64,000 nucleotides of DNA from Octopus vulgaris (GCA_951406725.2 OX597826.1:28768001-28832000), one strand, 5' to 3'. Counted from the stretch's first letter, positions 15,945 to 31,172 are shown. Notes: generated by a model from the letters alone, not told the origin. Program-made: numbers and translations.

Positions 15945-17660
15945 TATAGTAGAACTGCGAGCGTGTCAGAAGCAAAATGACTTGCGGTATTTTTTCTGGC
16001 TCTTTACGTTCTGAGTTCGAATTCCGCTGAGGTCGACTTTGCCTTCCTGCTTTCCGGGGTTGATGAAACAATTACTTGAAAATCCAGCTCCGTAACGATT
16101 CGCAGCTCTCGAGTCAGTCCGTAACCACCCACCATCCACTGTGATTCTCCAAGATGTTTTCGAATATTTGCTACTACCATCGTGAGTTTCATTTGCAGTT
16201 GGCTTCACGCGGATTCGCACCGTGTTTGCCTTTCTGCTTTTCGGGGTTGATAAAACAAGTATCAATTAATCACTGGGGTTAATGTAATCGACTTGATCCC
16301 TCCCTTAGAATTACTGGCCTTGTGCTAAAACTTGAAATCTTTATTAACGGTAATGAGATGGCAGGATCAATAATGTATCGTAAGAAATGCTTTTTGATTT
16401 TTTTTTCTGTATTTACATTCTGAGTTCAAATCCGACTGAGGTCGGCTTCACATTTCTTCCTTCTGGGGTCGATAACATAAAGTAACAATCGAGTACTTGG
16501 ACTGTCTTATAAATGCCTCAAAATTGCTGGGTTTTGTGCTTGCCATGTGGTATTGATTTCCTCCTGCCCTTTACTTTTTGAGCTCAAATCTCGCAGAAAT
16601 CAATCTTGCCTTTCATCCCTCAAGGGTCGATAAAATAAATCAATAGTCAAGTGCTGAAGTTACTGGTATCGACTGACCCCTTCCCTTCAAAACGTCTGGC
16701 GTTGAGTGCATAAATCAGAAACTACTATTCTTTTCTGCTCTAGGCACAAGGCCCGAAATTTTGGGGGATGGTGCCATTGGATTAGATCGACCCTAGTACG
16801 CAACTGGTACTTAATTTATCGATCTTGAAAGGATAAAAGGCAAAGTCGACCTCGGCGGACTTTGAACCCAGAACGTAACGGCAGACGAAATGCCTATTTC
16901 TTTACTACCCACAAGGGACTAAACACAGAGAGGACAAATAAGGACAGACAAACGGATTAAGTTGATTACATCGACCCCAGTGCGTAACTGGTACTTAATT
17001 TATGGACCCCGAAAGGATGAAAGGCAAAGTCGACCTCGGTGGAATTTGAACTCAGAACGTAACGGCAGATGAAATACCGCTAAGCATTTCGCCCGGCGTG
17101 CTAACGTTTCTGCCAGCTCGCCGCCTTCCAGAAATTACTATTAATGCGGCGAACTAACCAAATCGTTACTATGCCGGACAAAAAGCTTAGCAGTATTTAG
17201 TCCGTCTTCACGTTCTGAGTTCAAATTTCGCCGAGTTCGACTTTGCCTTTCATCTTTTGGTAGTCAATAAAATAAGTACCAGTTGAATATTGAGGTTTTT
17301 TATAATCGACTTATCTCCTTCCACGCGAAATTGCTGGCCTTGTGCCTAAATTGAAAGCCTTTATTAAAGCAGCGAGCTAACAGAATCGTTAGCGCACTGG
17401 ACAAAATTGTTCGGTGGCATTTCTTCCAGCGCTTTACATCCTGAGTTCAAATTCCACCGAGGTCTTCCTTGATTTTCATCCTTTCAGGATCGATAAAATA
17501 AAGTACCAGCTGCATACTGGGTCAGTGTGATCGACTAATCTCCACCCACTTCCTCTGAAATTTCTGGCCTAGAGCCACAATTTTAATCTATTATTATTAA
17601 GGAGACGTTCTGGCAGAATCGGTAGATCGTCGAACGAAATACCTCGTAGTGTTTTTGTTT
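15945..17660 (+). repeat. Head-to-tail cluster of about 7 degenerate SINE A units
   Basis: gagttcaaat..cc / gcctttcatcc / gataaaataagtacc recurs about every 200 bp. Interrupted by a younger antisense copy. Confidence 0.75.
16730..17127 (-). mobile_element. SINE family A dimer with 14 bp TSD
   Basis: TSD CAGAAA(C/T)TACTATT at 16716-16729 and 17129-17142. Confidence 0.85.
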
Positions 17661-18025
17661 CTTGTCTTGTCTTGCAGCGGTATTCACTGAAAAGGGGTTA
17701 AACTGCCTCCTATTAAATTCGTCGCTGTAAATTCACGGGAGTTTCAAGGAGTGGCCCAGAATCCGCAAAAACAGTTCCCGTCTTTATTCGTAAGCCACCA
17801 TATACGACCGGAGGCAGATCGTCCCCGCGTTACGCCTTCTCGCCGCAGGATGACCTCAGCCGCCGGATTCCGAAACAAACGCCGCATGGAATTCACTATT
17901 GCCCTCCAGTTAGCAGGGTAGCGGCCCTAGCACCGCCGGTATCAGATCTGCCGCCTTGAGTGGCTCCACCAGGGACTCGAAGTCCCTGACAGCATAGCTC
18001 TGACACTCACTCGTTTAGTTACAAT

Positions 18026-18234
18026 CTTTTCTACTCTAGGCACAAGGCCCAAAATTTTGGGGGAGGGGGCCAGTCGATTAGATCCAACCCGGTACGCAAC
18101 TGGCACTTAATTTATCGACCCCGAAAGGATGAAAGGCAAAGTCGACCTCGGCGGAATTTGAACTCAGAACGTAAAGACAGACGAAATACCGCTCAGCATT
18201 TCGCCCGGCGTGCTAACGTTTCTGCCAGCCCGCC
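18026..18234 (-). mobile_element. SINE family A monomer with 11 bp TSD
   Basis: TSD TTAGTTACAAT at 18015-18025 and 18235-18245. Confidence 0.88.
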
Positions 18235-18634
18235 TTAGTTACAATGTCATAGCTCTGACATAGTTCGTTTAACCTTCCCACCGTGGTGAGGTCAAAGGTC
18301 TTAACGTTCTGAGTCTTGCTTGCCTTGCGGTTGACCTCACGTTTCATCCTTTCGGAGTCAGTAAAATCAGGTAACAGTTATGTATTGTGGCTGATATACT
18401 CGCCCGACATCTTTTCTCAAAATTGCTGGTATTTTGCGCAAATGAGACACTAATAGGAATATCGTTGCTGTTTAGTAGAACATATCAAAGGCACCCTCTA
18501 TCCCTAGAGACCACGTTACAATGGAAATTATATTCTACGGTGCTCAATGAACGACAATTTTCGGACACTAGAACATGATTTGAGACTCGGCTACTATTTC
18601 AATCAGGTTTTTCATTAACACGGGCTCGTTCATC

Positions 18635-19088
18635 GTAGCAGTGGTAGTGGTGAGGATGTTGTCGTTGGTGGTGATGGAGGTGGTGGTGGTGGTGGTGGTG
18701 GTGGTGGTGGTGGTGGTGGTGGTGGCGGCAGTAACAAACCTGGTGATGGTGTTGCTTGTGGGGCACTGGTGATGCTGGTGGTGGTGGTGAGGATAGTACA
18801 ATTTGTGGTGGTGATACTTTAGTATAGCGGTGGTGGTAGTGGTGGTGGGGGGGTGATGGTGGTGGTTGTATTGGTGTTTTTCATGGCGTTTATGATGTCG
18901 ATGGTGGTGGCGGTTTTTGTAATGTTATTGTTGTTGTTGTTGGTGGTGGTGGTTCTATTGATGTTTGGTGGAGGTGGTCATGGTTATGTTTACGGTAGTG
19001 ATAATGTGTTTTTCGTTTTTTTTTGTTTTTGTTTTCCCTTTCTTAAAGGCATTTGCTATGCCTCTACTGCGGCCGCTGCTGCTACTGC

Positions 19089-19128
<40 letters not shown>

Positions 19129-19680
19129 ACTGAGGTGGGACGAATATTTCGTTTAAACCACAACCGAGCGGAAATGTCAACATGGCCGCAGTCAAGAAAG
19201 CAAACAGACTCGTTTTCGCTTGGGGACAGGGTGGCGACGTAGGTGGAATATATATATGAATATACATACACACACGCACACACACACACACACACGCACG
19301 CACGCACACACACACATATTATATATGCATGTATGTGCGTTTGTGTGTGTATGTGTATGTGCGTGTGTGGCATTATGTGTGCGTATGTATGTATATACGT
19401 GTGTGTATGGTTAATCAGTTTGTTTATGTATATATGTGTGTGTATGCTTTATGAGTGATGTATGTGTATGTGCTTTGCGTTTACGTGCATGTTTGTGTGT
19501 GTGTGTGTGTGTTTTACGAGTATGTTTGTATATCTATGTGCCTATGCATATATGTGTGTGTGTTTGTATGTTTGTGTGCATGTCTGTATACATGTATGCG
19601 TATATGTGTATGTGTGTATGTATGTGCATATATATATGTGCGTAAGTATGTCTATATATCTGTGTGTATGTGTATATGGT

Positions 19681-19766
<86 letters not shown>

Positions 19767-20730
19767 CGTGTGCATATATATGTGTATATATGTGTCTGTG
19801 TCAGTGTGTGTGTATGTGTGAGCCAACGGTGTTGCTTCTGTAACCAGCTTCAACCGGTGTCCATTTCATTGTGGACATAGCGACACACAGACATACATAA
19901 AGAGAGGACAAATTATCGAACTGTGTCTTCTTAAACGATAAACCAAAACCAATCAATCAAATCGCGGAGAAGACAATAGACGTGCCAGATCGATTGTTCA
20001 ATGTAATAAATGAATAGATCGGGCTAGACAAACATTTTGTGGTATCCGTGTTGTTGTTGTTGTTGTTGTAGTTGTCCGACATTTTTGTTGTTTTTGTGGC
20101 TTTGGTTTTGTTATGATTGTTACGTTGTTAGTTGCTGTGATTGTTGCATTGTTGCTGTTGTTGTTGTCGTTGCTGCTGCGTTTGTTGCTGCTGCTGCTGA
20201 GAGTGTTGTTGTTGTTGCTGTTAAACTGCTGTTGTTAGTGCTGTCGATGTTTATAGCATTTCATTGCTGCTGCTGTTGCTGTTGCTGCTGCTGCTGGGGT
20301 TTTTGTTTTTATTACTGCTGCTGCTGTTGCTGCTGCTGATGGTGGTGTTTTGTTAATGTTACTACTGCTGCAGTTGATGGTGCTTTTATTGTTGTTGCTG
20401 CTGCTGCTGATGTTTTCGTTGCTGCTGTTGTTGTTATTGTTGCTGCTGCTGCTGTTTTCGTTGCTGTTGTTGTTGTTGCTGCTGCTGTTATTGCTGCTGC
20501 TTCTGTTGTTGTTGCTACTGCAGTTGTTTTTCTTGTTGCTATTGTGAATTTTGCTGCTGCTGCTGTTGTTGTTGCTGCTGTTGTTGCTGTTGTTGCTGTT
20601 GTTATGGCGCGCTGTTGGGATTTTGTTATTGTTGCAGTTTTCGTTGGTGTTGTTATGAAACTGATCACGTGATTATGGTTCCCGTTCTTGTTTTTCTTGT
20701 GATTGTTGCCGTTTTGTTGTTGTTTCTGCT
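18635..20730. repeat. (GGT)n, (TG/TA)n and (GTT/GCT)n low-complexity field
   Basis: Read directly from the sequence. Confidence 0.95.
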
Positions 20731-21749
20731 TAAACTTGTTTATGTTGTTCATCCCCCCACCCCTTCCGTAAAGACCTACGTACAATCGCAGACATTCTAG
20801 TCATTACCATTCCACATTATATTGAAACGTGCAATATCCGGACATATATCATACCATATACCCTCCCATATTTTTAATACACTTGTGTATGATATCAGAT
20901 AGATTTGGCTATTATTACTAGCAGACTAAGCAACTGCGCAAGAGCTGGAGTTTTTCTTTTCAATTTTTTTTGTAGTATTTTCTTGTATTACTGTTGCAGC
21001 ATTTTACTTTTGTCACGACACCGCTCTTTTCTGTCAGTATATTGACTATGTGTTTCTTTCTTTCTTTCTTTCTTATTTTTTTGAAGGATGCTCACAGATC
21101 ATCGTTCCACATATTGGTCAGTTCTTGCCCAGATTATTATTTTGGCTGACTGGCTGGAGGGGTAACTCTGGATGCCACAGCCAATGATGCGTATTTGAAA
21201 AATTTCTCCCGGAGATTCAAAAGCAAATCGAAGATTTGAAATGGACGCACGAATATATTTGCATGTATGTATGTATGTACGTATCTCTCTCCTTTATATA
21301 CATATGTGTGTGTGCGTGTGTGCGTATGTATGTATGTATGTATGTATGTATGAATTATGTATGTATGTATGTATGTATGTATGTATGTATGTATGAGTAT
21401 GCTCGTTTGTGTGATCACCGGATCGGTTAGAAATGGCAGTCAAGTTGCTCACACGTCACTTTAGCGTTACGTGTAAACCCACGTATTAGGCATACAAATT
21501 AAGCAATTTTAACTATAACAACACATACACAAACACACAAACAAACAAACAAACAAATAAAAGACCCGTTAATAATAATTACACGAATTTTGAGAGCAAC
21601 AAAGTGTGTTTAACAAAATATTCGAAGAACTGACATATAAGCTTCCCGTAAATATTATTTAGAAGATAACAAACTGAGTCAGTGTTGATCGGTTGAAAAA
21701 TATCTGGCTGAGTAGAAAAGCAAGCAACGTTTTGAAACATGAAATTTTC

Positions 21750-22830
21750 CACAATATATTTTGAATAATGCGGAAATTTTATTCATCAAAGTAAGCACCA
21801 TTACAATCAACAGATTTTTGCCAATGCGTTACAAGTTTGTTTATTACGGTAGCATAAATATCTGGAGTTCTGGAGCTGATGAACTCTTTGAACGCACTTT
21901 CAGCATCGGTTTGATCATTGAACTCCTACTCTCGCAGGAAACCATCAAGGTGCTTGAAAGAGTAGTAGTCGGTAGGAGAAAGATGTGGGGAATAAACTGG
22001 GTGGGGAAGAATTTCGTAGCCAAGTTCCCTCAACCTCTGGACCGTCATTAGTGAAACTTGTGGTCGAACATTGTCATGAAAAATGATTGACCCTCTTCTG
22101 TTGACCAGTCTGGGACGGAGGAGTAGCAGTTATTCTTTCATTTTGGTAATTTCATGGCAATATGTTTCTGCAGTGATGGTTTCTCGGGGCTTGAAGAAGT
22201 TATAGTTGATGAGACCAATAGTACACCACCAAACAGTCACCATAACCTTCCTTTTGAAGAGCTCGGGCTTAGGGAAGGTTTTTTGGTGCTTCATTTTGGT
22301 CCAACCACGGCGAAGAACGTTTTTATTATTGTACTGAATTCACTTTTCCTCGCAAGTTACAATACGGTCGAGAAATGGATATATGTAGTTACGGAGAAGA
22401 AATGACGAGCATATCACCCATTTTCTGATTTTCATTCGAATCGTATGGTACCTATATGTCGAGCATTTTTGATTTTCCGATCACATACAAATGGTTGCAG
22501 GAAGTTTTCTGGCTAACGTGAAGTTCATTTGCCAGTTCTCGAGTGGTTTTACGTGGATCTTTCTCAATGACGGTCTTTAATTGACTGTCATGGATAACAG
22601 ATGGACGTCCACTACGCTCACGATCTTCAAGGCTCAGGTCACCACTGCAAAATCGTTTAAACCATTTTCGAGCTAACCAAATGTTTCGTTGATATCGCAA
22701 TAGTTTCAGCTGGTTTACATCCTTTTTTGAAGTTGAATAGCAAAATTGCTCGAATATCGCGCTTAACAGTTCCGTTTCAGATGATTTTAACAACGGTGAA
22801 AAAAATAATCAATGTTAATTTATTGATGCA
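21750..22830 (-). mobile_element. Decayed mariner (DD34D) transposon
   Basis: Across frameshifts: WFKRFCSGDLSLEDRERSGRPS, PRKTTRELA, DRIVTCEEK, KVMVTVWW, FHDNVRP, LPHPVYSPHLSPTDY, NGAYFDE*. Confidence 0.9.
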
Positions 22831-23302
22831 TTTGGGCAAGTTTAAGTCTGTATTATCAGACAATTGCAAAAAAATGTTTAACAAAGATTCAAAACTCAGC
22901 AAAAATCCGGTACAAATTCTTCATGGTTCAAGACGTTACTTACTTTTTACTGAACCTGATATTATTAACTGATCTGAAAAGAAAAACAAAAAGACAAAAG
23001 AAACAAAAATGTATGTTATAAATAATAAAGTATACTACATAATTGGGAATCCTTTATCTTTTATCATTTTACTTGTTTCGGCGATTAGACTGCGGCCATG
23101 TTGGCACATGGCCTTCAAGAATTTTTCGTGGAACGAATCGACCCCCAGTACTTACGCTTTTTTATTCAAGATTGGCACTTATTCTGTCGGTGTCTTTTGC
23201 CGAACCGCTAATTTACGGGTACGTAAACACAGCAACACAGATTGTCAAGCGGTAGCAGGGGATAAAACACAGACACAAAGACCCTATCCCAAGTATGCAT
23301 GA

Positions 23303-23339
<37 letters not shown>

Positions 23340-23341
<2 letters not shown>

Positions 23342-24120
23342 TAAGAAAGTTGGTATGTGAAAGCACATATAGAAAATATATAGGAAATAGTAAAAAGTGA
23401 AAAAACTACAGAAGGCTTGTTTTAAAAGGTTAAAAAATATATATTTGAGTCAATATGCCTGAAGAATGTTATACATTTTTTTCATACAATGACATAGTAT
23501 AGAAGAAATGACCGGTTTCAGGTTCAGCTTTTCAAATTTCTTAAAACGTTATGTTTACGTTGAGCGGTGATCTAGATAATAAGTGATTTCTTCCGGTGTA
23601 AGGGAGATAATCGCTTAAAATTATTTGCCTTTCTTTTGGATTGAGTTTCTCTGTATAAGTATGTTGGAATGGTTAAGTTTGGGCTTGTATTTTTCAATGA
23701 AGAATGTTTCCTTGTTTAGTCTAATTTGTGTTGGTGTTCCGATAGCACATTGGTAGAATGGAAAGATTAGAAATTGTGGTAGTAGTTGCTTTGCGCATTT
23801 CTCAATGTGCTCACTAAAGGGTATCATTCTGAATTCTGGGAATGCAATCTGTTGTCGATGCAGTGTGCATCTACGTCTGAGTGATAGTCCCGTGGATCCC
23901 ACGTAGTCTTGGTGGCAGCCCGAGCATTTTATGACATAAATTATGTTTTCAGAGGCACAAGTAAAATTAGATTTGATCTTGAATTTCTGTCCCTCTTTGA
24001 AGAGGAATTCTGATCCTTCTAGCAGGTTTGGACATGTTGCACAGTTCGGTCTACCACATTTTTTTACTTTTGCATCCGTAATTTCAGAAAACAATTTTGC
24101 CTTTGTGAGAATCTTTTTAA
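23340..24120 (-). mobile_element. PLE 3' fragment (GIY-YIG domain ORF 23621-24120 plus 3' UTR)
   Basis: KKCGRPNCATC...IIYVIKCSGCHQDYVGSTG...EKYKPKLN. The 3' UTR ends in (TA)n. Homologous to 36487-37385. Confidence 0.92.
23503..23542 (-). ncRNA. Hammerhead ribozyme, U3-A8 core variant (stem II decayed)
   Basis: Minus strand aagaaat-TTGAAAA-gctgaacct-GAAA-ccgg-TC-atttctt. Confidence 0.6.
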
Positions 24121-24398
24121 ACACCCTAATTGACAGACATTACCCAGCTCAACTCATAGAGGATGGGATCAGACGTGCAACAGAAATCAACATAGAAACT
24201 TTAAGAAAAGTTCAACACAACAACACACCTTCCCCGAAAATACTACCTTACATATCCACATACAACCCCAGAAACAAAGAAGCCTTCACCATCATCACCC
24301 AGAATTTACCAATACTTCATAAGGACCCCAAATTAAAGGAAATTCTAAACATACACCAAATCATTAAAAGCTACAAACAACCTAAATCACTTAAAAAG
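24121..24398 (+). mobile_element. Inverted upstream segment of the same PLE (RT thumb/linker)
   Basis: LIDRHYPAQLIEDGIRRA...PYISTYNPRN...[10 protein letters not shown]. This immediately precedes KKILTKAK in the uninverted copy near 36550. Confidence 0.88.
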
Positions 24399-24449
24399 AC
24401 GAAATACCGCAAAGGCTTTCGTCAAATTACGTGGGCATATAATAATGTT

Positions 24450-24640
24450 TTCAGATTCCGACACAAGACCAGCATGTTCGTGGAAGCGGGAAAGCTATTA
24501 TATCGACCTCAGTGCTCAACTTGTACTCATTTTATCGACCTCAAAAGGTTGAAAGGCAAAGTTGACCACGGTGGAATTTGAACTCAGAAAGTAAACAACG
24601 GACGAATTACTGCTAAGCAATTTGCCTGCTCTAACGAGCC
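24450..24640 (-). mobile_element. SINE family A (degenerate)
   Basis: ttatcgacc...gaaaggcaaagttgacc...ggaatttgaactcag. Confidence 0.7.
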
Positions 24641-24829
24641 ACTCTGCTTGTTACTCTTCAGTTCCTATACACTTGGAGGTCCGGGGAGATCTCAATCAAT
24701 TCAACCTGTCCTTCAATCCACTGTCCGCCCCTCGATTCAAGTGGAACAAGATAGACTTGTTTCTTTAAGTATCGAGTTGCCAGGACACGGATTTGTCTAG
24801 TAATAATAGATATTCGATAATGGTATCCC

Positions 24830-26980
<2,151 letters not shown>

Positions 26981-27200
26981 AGAAGGAGAATAAAGTGAAA
27001 GAGAGAGACTTCATCTGAGGTAGAAATTTTTGCTAGGACTCAGAGTTTCACGTTTTCCCGATCTTCAGGAGATAACTAAATATCGAAACGTGAAACTGAC
27101 ACGGAGAGGTTTCCTCTTGTCTCGACATACATACATACATACATACATACATACATACATACATACATACATACATACATACATACATACATACATACAT

Positions 27201-27645
27201 AGCAGGTCGGTTATTGTTGTTTGGGACAGAGGGGCAAAGGCATGTACCGTCATAGAGGTCAACTGCCCTTAGATATAAATATCTCTTTGAAAATCAAAGA
27301 AAAAAGAAGATATCTATGGACAACTGCGTCAAAGACTCCAGCTTCTATATCCTGACTATGAATTCATATTCATACCAACAATAATTGGAGCACTAGGTTT
27401 TGTTAGCAAATGCTTAAAGAAGAATATGGATAAACTGGGATTTTCAGAAAGAGAAACGGACCAGCTAATTTGTACATTACAAGTGCAACATGCGAAAGGA
27501 ACAGTAAAAATATGCAAGACGTATCTCAAGTTCCAAATGTGAATTTGTCTGTGTTAATTACATCCCAGAGATGGAGCTTTGTATCATTGTTGGAAACCGG
27601 CTCCGTCCTTAGTGGAAAATTTGTAATAATCAAAAAATAAAAGAG
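27201..27645 (+). mobile_element. RLE non-LTR retrotransposon 3' fragment in (CATA)n
   Basis: [22 protein letters not shown]...YGQLRQRLQLLYPDYEFIFIPTIIGALG...GTVKICKTYLKFQM*, with disruptions. The UTR has AATAAA and then (CATA)n; (CATA)n also lies upstream. Confidence 0.8.
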
Positions 27646-27889
27646 ACATACATACATACATACATACATACATACATACAAACATACATACATACATACA
27701 TACATACATACATACATACATACATACATAATGCTGTGTTGATGTTGATGTTGTTGATGTTGTTGAAATTCCAATGAATGCCTTGGATCTGGGTGAGAAA
27801 CCGGCTCTTTCTCTATTGGTAAGAAATCTTGAAATAAAATTGAATAATGACATATATACAAAAACACATACATACATATATACATTACA

Positions 27890-28140
27890 TTACATCCCAC
27901 CTAGAAGGACATGCCTTTGCTATCCATAAGTAGGAGATAGCTACTAAGTTTCTGATAAACAAGAGAGACAATAATACCACCAAAACCCAAAGTTGTGAAA
28001 AAAAAATGTCGGCTCTGCTATACCAGTGTTGAAGATACTACCCACATCATCATCAGCAACCCCAAACTGTCTACGGATTACTACCTGCCCCTGAGGCATG
28101 ATGTTGTGGAGAGAGTCATTGACAACCCTGGGTGATTGGA
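27890..28140 (+). mobile_element. RLE retrotransposon fragment with CCHC zinc knuckle
   Basis: LEGHAFAI...EIATKFL...KCRLCYTSVEDTTHIIS...DYYLPLRHDVV. Confidence 0.7.
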
Positions 28141-28294
28141 AGAATGGACTAGCCGAACTCTTACAAAGAGTAACGTACTGGGTGAAACGAGAGGTCCCAA
28201 GGAGTCGTTGAGAGAGCGTTTTGGAGTCCCCCGAAATGCGTCGTGTGAACACATTAATTTTACCTCTGCATCGTTAAATTATATATATCCAACG

Positions 28295-28810
28295 TTTGTC
28301 AAGGATATAAAAGATGATGTGGTTGCAAAGACTATTTACAATGCTATCTGCAGAAAGGATTGCCCTGGCGGATACATCAAAGGCATGTCAGGACCAGAAT
28401 GTATTCACACCTTTAAGAACAAGTAATACTGATGGAACACCCCCAATAAAAACAGTGATTCGCTGCAAACACAACAGACCTGATATTGTTCTATGGGAAA
28501 AGAAACAAAAGTCATGCGCTGTAGTAGAGGTCAGCTGACAAGCGGATGTGAATTTACCATCAAAAGTCCAGGAAAAAAAAAGAGAACATTTGTGGCGAAT
28601 TAATACGGAACTTACAGCTCTTGTACTTTGATTATGAATTCTCATTTTTACCTATCATCATAGGTGCGTTAAGTTTGTACGGACAAATTTGCATAAAAAC
28701 CTTAAAAATATTCGGTTTCGCAAAGAAAGAGTAACAAAATTTATTTGCATTCTCTAAATCCAGTCTGTTAACGGCACAGTGAAGATCTGTAAGACATTCT
28801 AAAGGTTTTC
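28295..28810 (+). mobile_element. RLE retrotransposon fragment (PD-(D/E)xK endonuclease)
   Basis: DDVVAKTIYN...HNRPDIVLWEKKQKSCAVVEVS...RNLQLLY...PIIIGAL...GTVKICKTF, with stops and frameshifts. Confidence 0.8.
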
Positions 28811-28911
28811 CATCTGAGAGTCTTCGGACGAAGCGATGCACACACTTAATTGAGTGTGTGTACCGATTCGCCCAAAGACACCACATATTTATACACCAAA
28901 TCAACGACATA

Positions 28912-29119
28912 CAGGGTGCGGCAGAAATACCTCCCACATTTGAAAGATTAACAAAAGGAAAAAGAAACATTTATGAAAAATTAATTTTACTCTTATTTAA
29001 GCAAAGGGTTACAGTTTTTGTTCATTAGCTAAATAAAAATATCATTAGCACTTGCATAAGTTCATTAGCAACACATAGATGAAAGTTTAAAATGTAGGAG
29101 GTATTTCTGCCGAATCCTG
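28912..29119. mobile_element. Tc1/mariner-type MITE
   Basis: TA-cagggtgcggcagaaatacctcccacattt ... aaatgtaggaggtatttctgccgaatcctg-TA. Confidence 0.8.
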
Positions 29120-29661
29120 TATTTGCAAATAGCCAGGATATCTCTTAACTCAAAACGTCTTGTCATTTTGTTAGCGATCGGCTTGAACTCTTCCAGGAAG
29201 AACTTAAATAAAACTCAAAGAACACCCCCCCCCCAAACACACACATAAATCTGCATCATCTCAGCCTTTGAGCTGAAACACATAAAAGAATATATGTATG
29301 TATACATGTGTGTTTGCATCTGTGTGTATGTGCGTGTGTATGTGTGTGAGGTTATCGGACCGACTAGAAATGGCAGTGAAGTCATTCACACGTCTCTTCA
29401 GCGTTGCATATAAATCTACGTAGTAGACGCACAAATTTGGCGCATTTGTGTATCTACTACGTTGACATACGTAAATATATATTGAAATATACTGTGAGCA
29501 AGAGAGCATACTACTTCCTCCAAGCTACTAGCAGTACCAACGGACCAATAGTTTCTGGGTAATTACCTGTCCTCGGTATTGGATAACACCGGCCAGAGAC
29601 AGCAGAAACCATTGATCTGTTAATATAATTTCTCCAAAATTTAAATGTTTACCATACTTAG

Positions 29662-29695
29662 AGTTGAAAAAGTCTCAATGACCGAAACCGGTACT
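29662..29695 (+). ncRNA. Hammerhead-like motif, U3-A8 variant (inverted copy at 30482-30515)
   Basis: ag-TTGAAAA-a-gtc(tcaat)gac-c-GAAA-ccgg-TA-ct. Stem I is weak. Confidence 0.5.
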
Positions 29696-29745
29696 GAAAT
29701 GTTTTTTATAAAATTATTTTAGCATTTTCTACCTTGACCCTTTTT

Positions 29746-29780
<35 letters not shown>

Positions 29781-29834
29781 GTGAATGGAAGAAATGGAGT
29801 TGAACGAAGATTGTACAGAATTCCTTTTATTACA

Positions 29835-29914
29835 TTCTACACATGTTTCAAAGGCCACAATTTTCCAAATTCTGATTAAATAAGGATACCATATTGCAGC
29901 TTTCTCTTCAGGAA
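29835..29914 (-). ncRNA. Hammerhead ribozyme with long stem II (element 29776-30068)
   Basis: Minus strand ttc-CTGAAGA-g-aaagctgcaat...attgtggccttt-GAAA-catgtg-TA-gaa. ACATGTGT self-pairs as a dimer with two G-U pairs. Confidence 0.7.
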
Positions 29915-30063
29915 AAACCAGGAATTACGTTGTCAGAACATGGTTGCAACACCATATGGTCTTATCTCCAACCGTGTTTTTTCTGCTGTGATTTTTGCTA
30001 CCCAGGTATCGGTTAAACTTTTGAATAATCCGTAACAAGATAATTCATCTTTCCATTTCAACA

Positions 30064-30130
<67 letters not shown>

Positions 30131-30133
<3 letters not shown>

Positions 30134-30364
30134 CTATTTGGCAACGTAAGGTGGCAGTCCTGCGTAGGAACATGTTACTACGTTTTAACCCAGGAAAAAT
30201 ATCTTTTCCAGCTGGCTATTGACACTAGTCCTGTGTCTGAACATTGCTCACAGTATATTTCAGACACAGTACTCGTGTCAATAGCCAGCTGGAAAAGATA
30301 CTTTCCCGGGGTTAAAACGTAGTAACATATTCCTACGCAGGACTGCCACCTACGTTGCCAAATG

Positions 30365-30368
<4 letters not shown>
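30131..30368. mobile_element. Foldback/hairpin MITE in (TA)n
   Basis: Arms of about 110 bp (aagc.atttggcaacgta...tgtgtctgaa / ttcagacaca...tacgttgccaaatgctt) around a loop of about 18 nt. Confidence 0.8.
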
Positions 30369-30431
<63 letters not shown>

Positions 30432-30977
30432 AAAAAGGGTCAAGGTAGAAAATGCTAAAATAATTTTATAAAAAACATTTCAGTACCGGTTTCGGTCATT
30501 GAGACTTTTTCAACTCTAAGTATGGAAAATATTTAAATTTTGGAGAAATTTAAAAAAAAGTTTTTTTTAAAAGAATATTTGCATAGTATTCAAATACAAG
30601 GGGCATTTTCCTTGTTTCTGCCTGTCTCTGTCTCTCTTGCTTACTCTTGTGTGTTCGAGGTCGTTGTGAATTCTTGGCAGCAGCAGTAGCAGCAGCAGCA
30701 GAAGAAGAAGAAGAAGAAGAAGAAGAAGAAGAAGAAGAAGAAGAAGAAGAATGCGGGAGTGCCATGATAGTGACTTGTTGTGGGTGGTGGTAGTCATTGA
30801 ATTCTTGAAACATCTTTTTTGAATGTATTGTTTATAATATTTCCGTAGGTGTTATTCTAAGGCCGTGGTGGATATGTCGTTTGTGGTAGATGCGTTCAAA
30901 AGGGGTCTGTAGTTTGTAATAAAGAGAGCCTCTTTACTAATTCGTTGGCTACAGGTTGTATATATATACATATATAT

Positions 30978-31043
<66 letters not shown>

Positions 31044-31047
31044 GTTG

Positions 31048-31089
<42 letters not shown>

Positions 31090-31172
31090 CAGGTTGTATA
31101 CATATGTATAAGAATTTTTTTGCGTAATAAGTAAAACCAAGGCTGTCTAGATATTAGAGCATTTATAGATAG

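Noticed and set aside
15945-17660. CRISPR-like or satellite-like periodicity
   Set aside because: The units are degenerate SINE copies in eukaryotic DNA, with no constant short repeat and unique spacers and no cas genes.
17850-17990. HDV-like ribozyme in the GC-rich island
   Set aside because: No convincing nested double pseudoknot could be assembled by eye.
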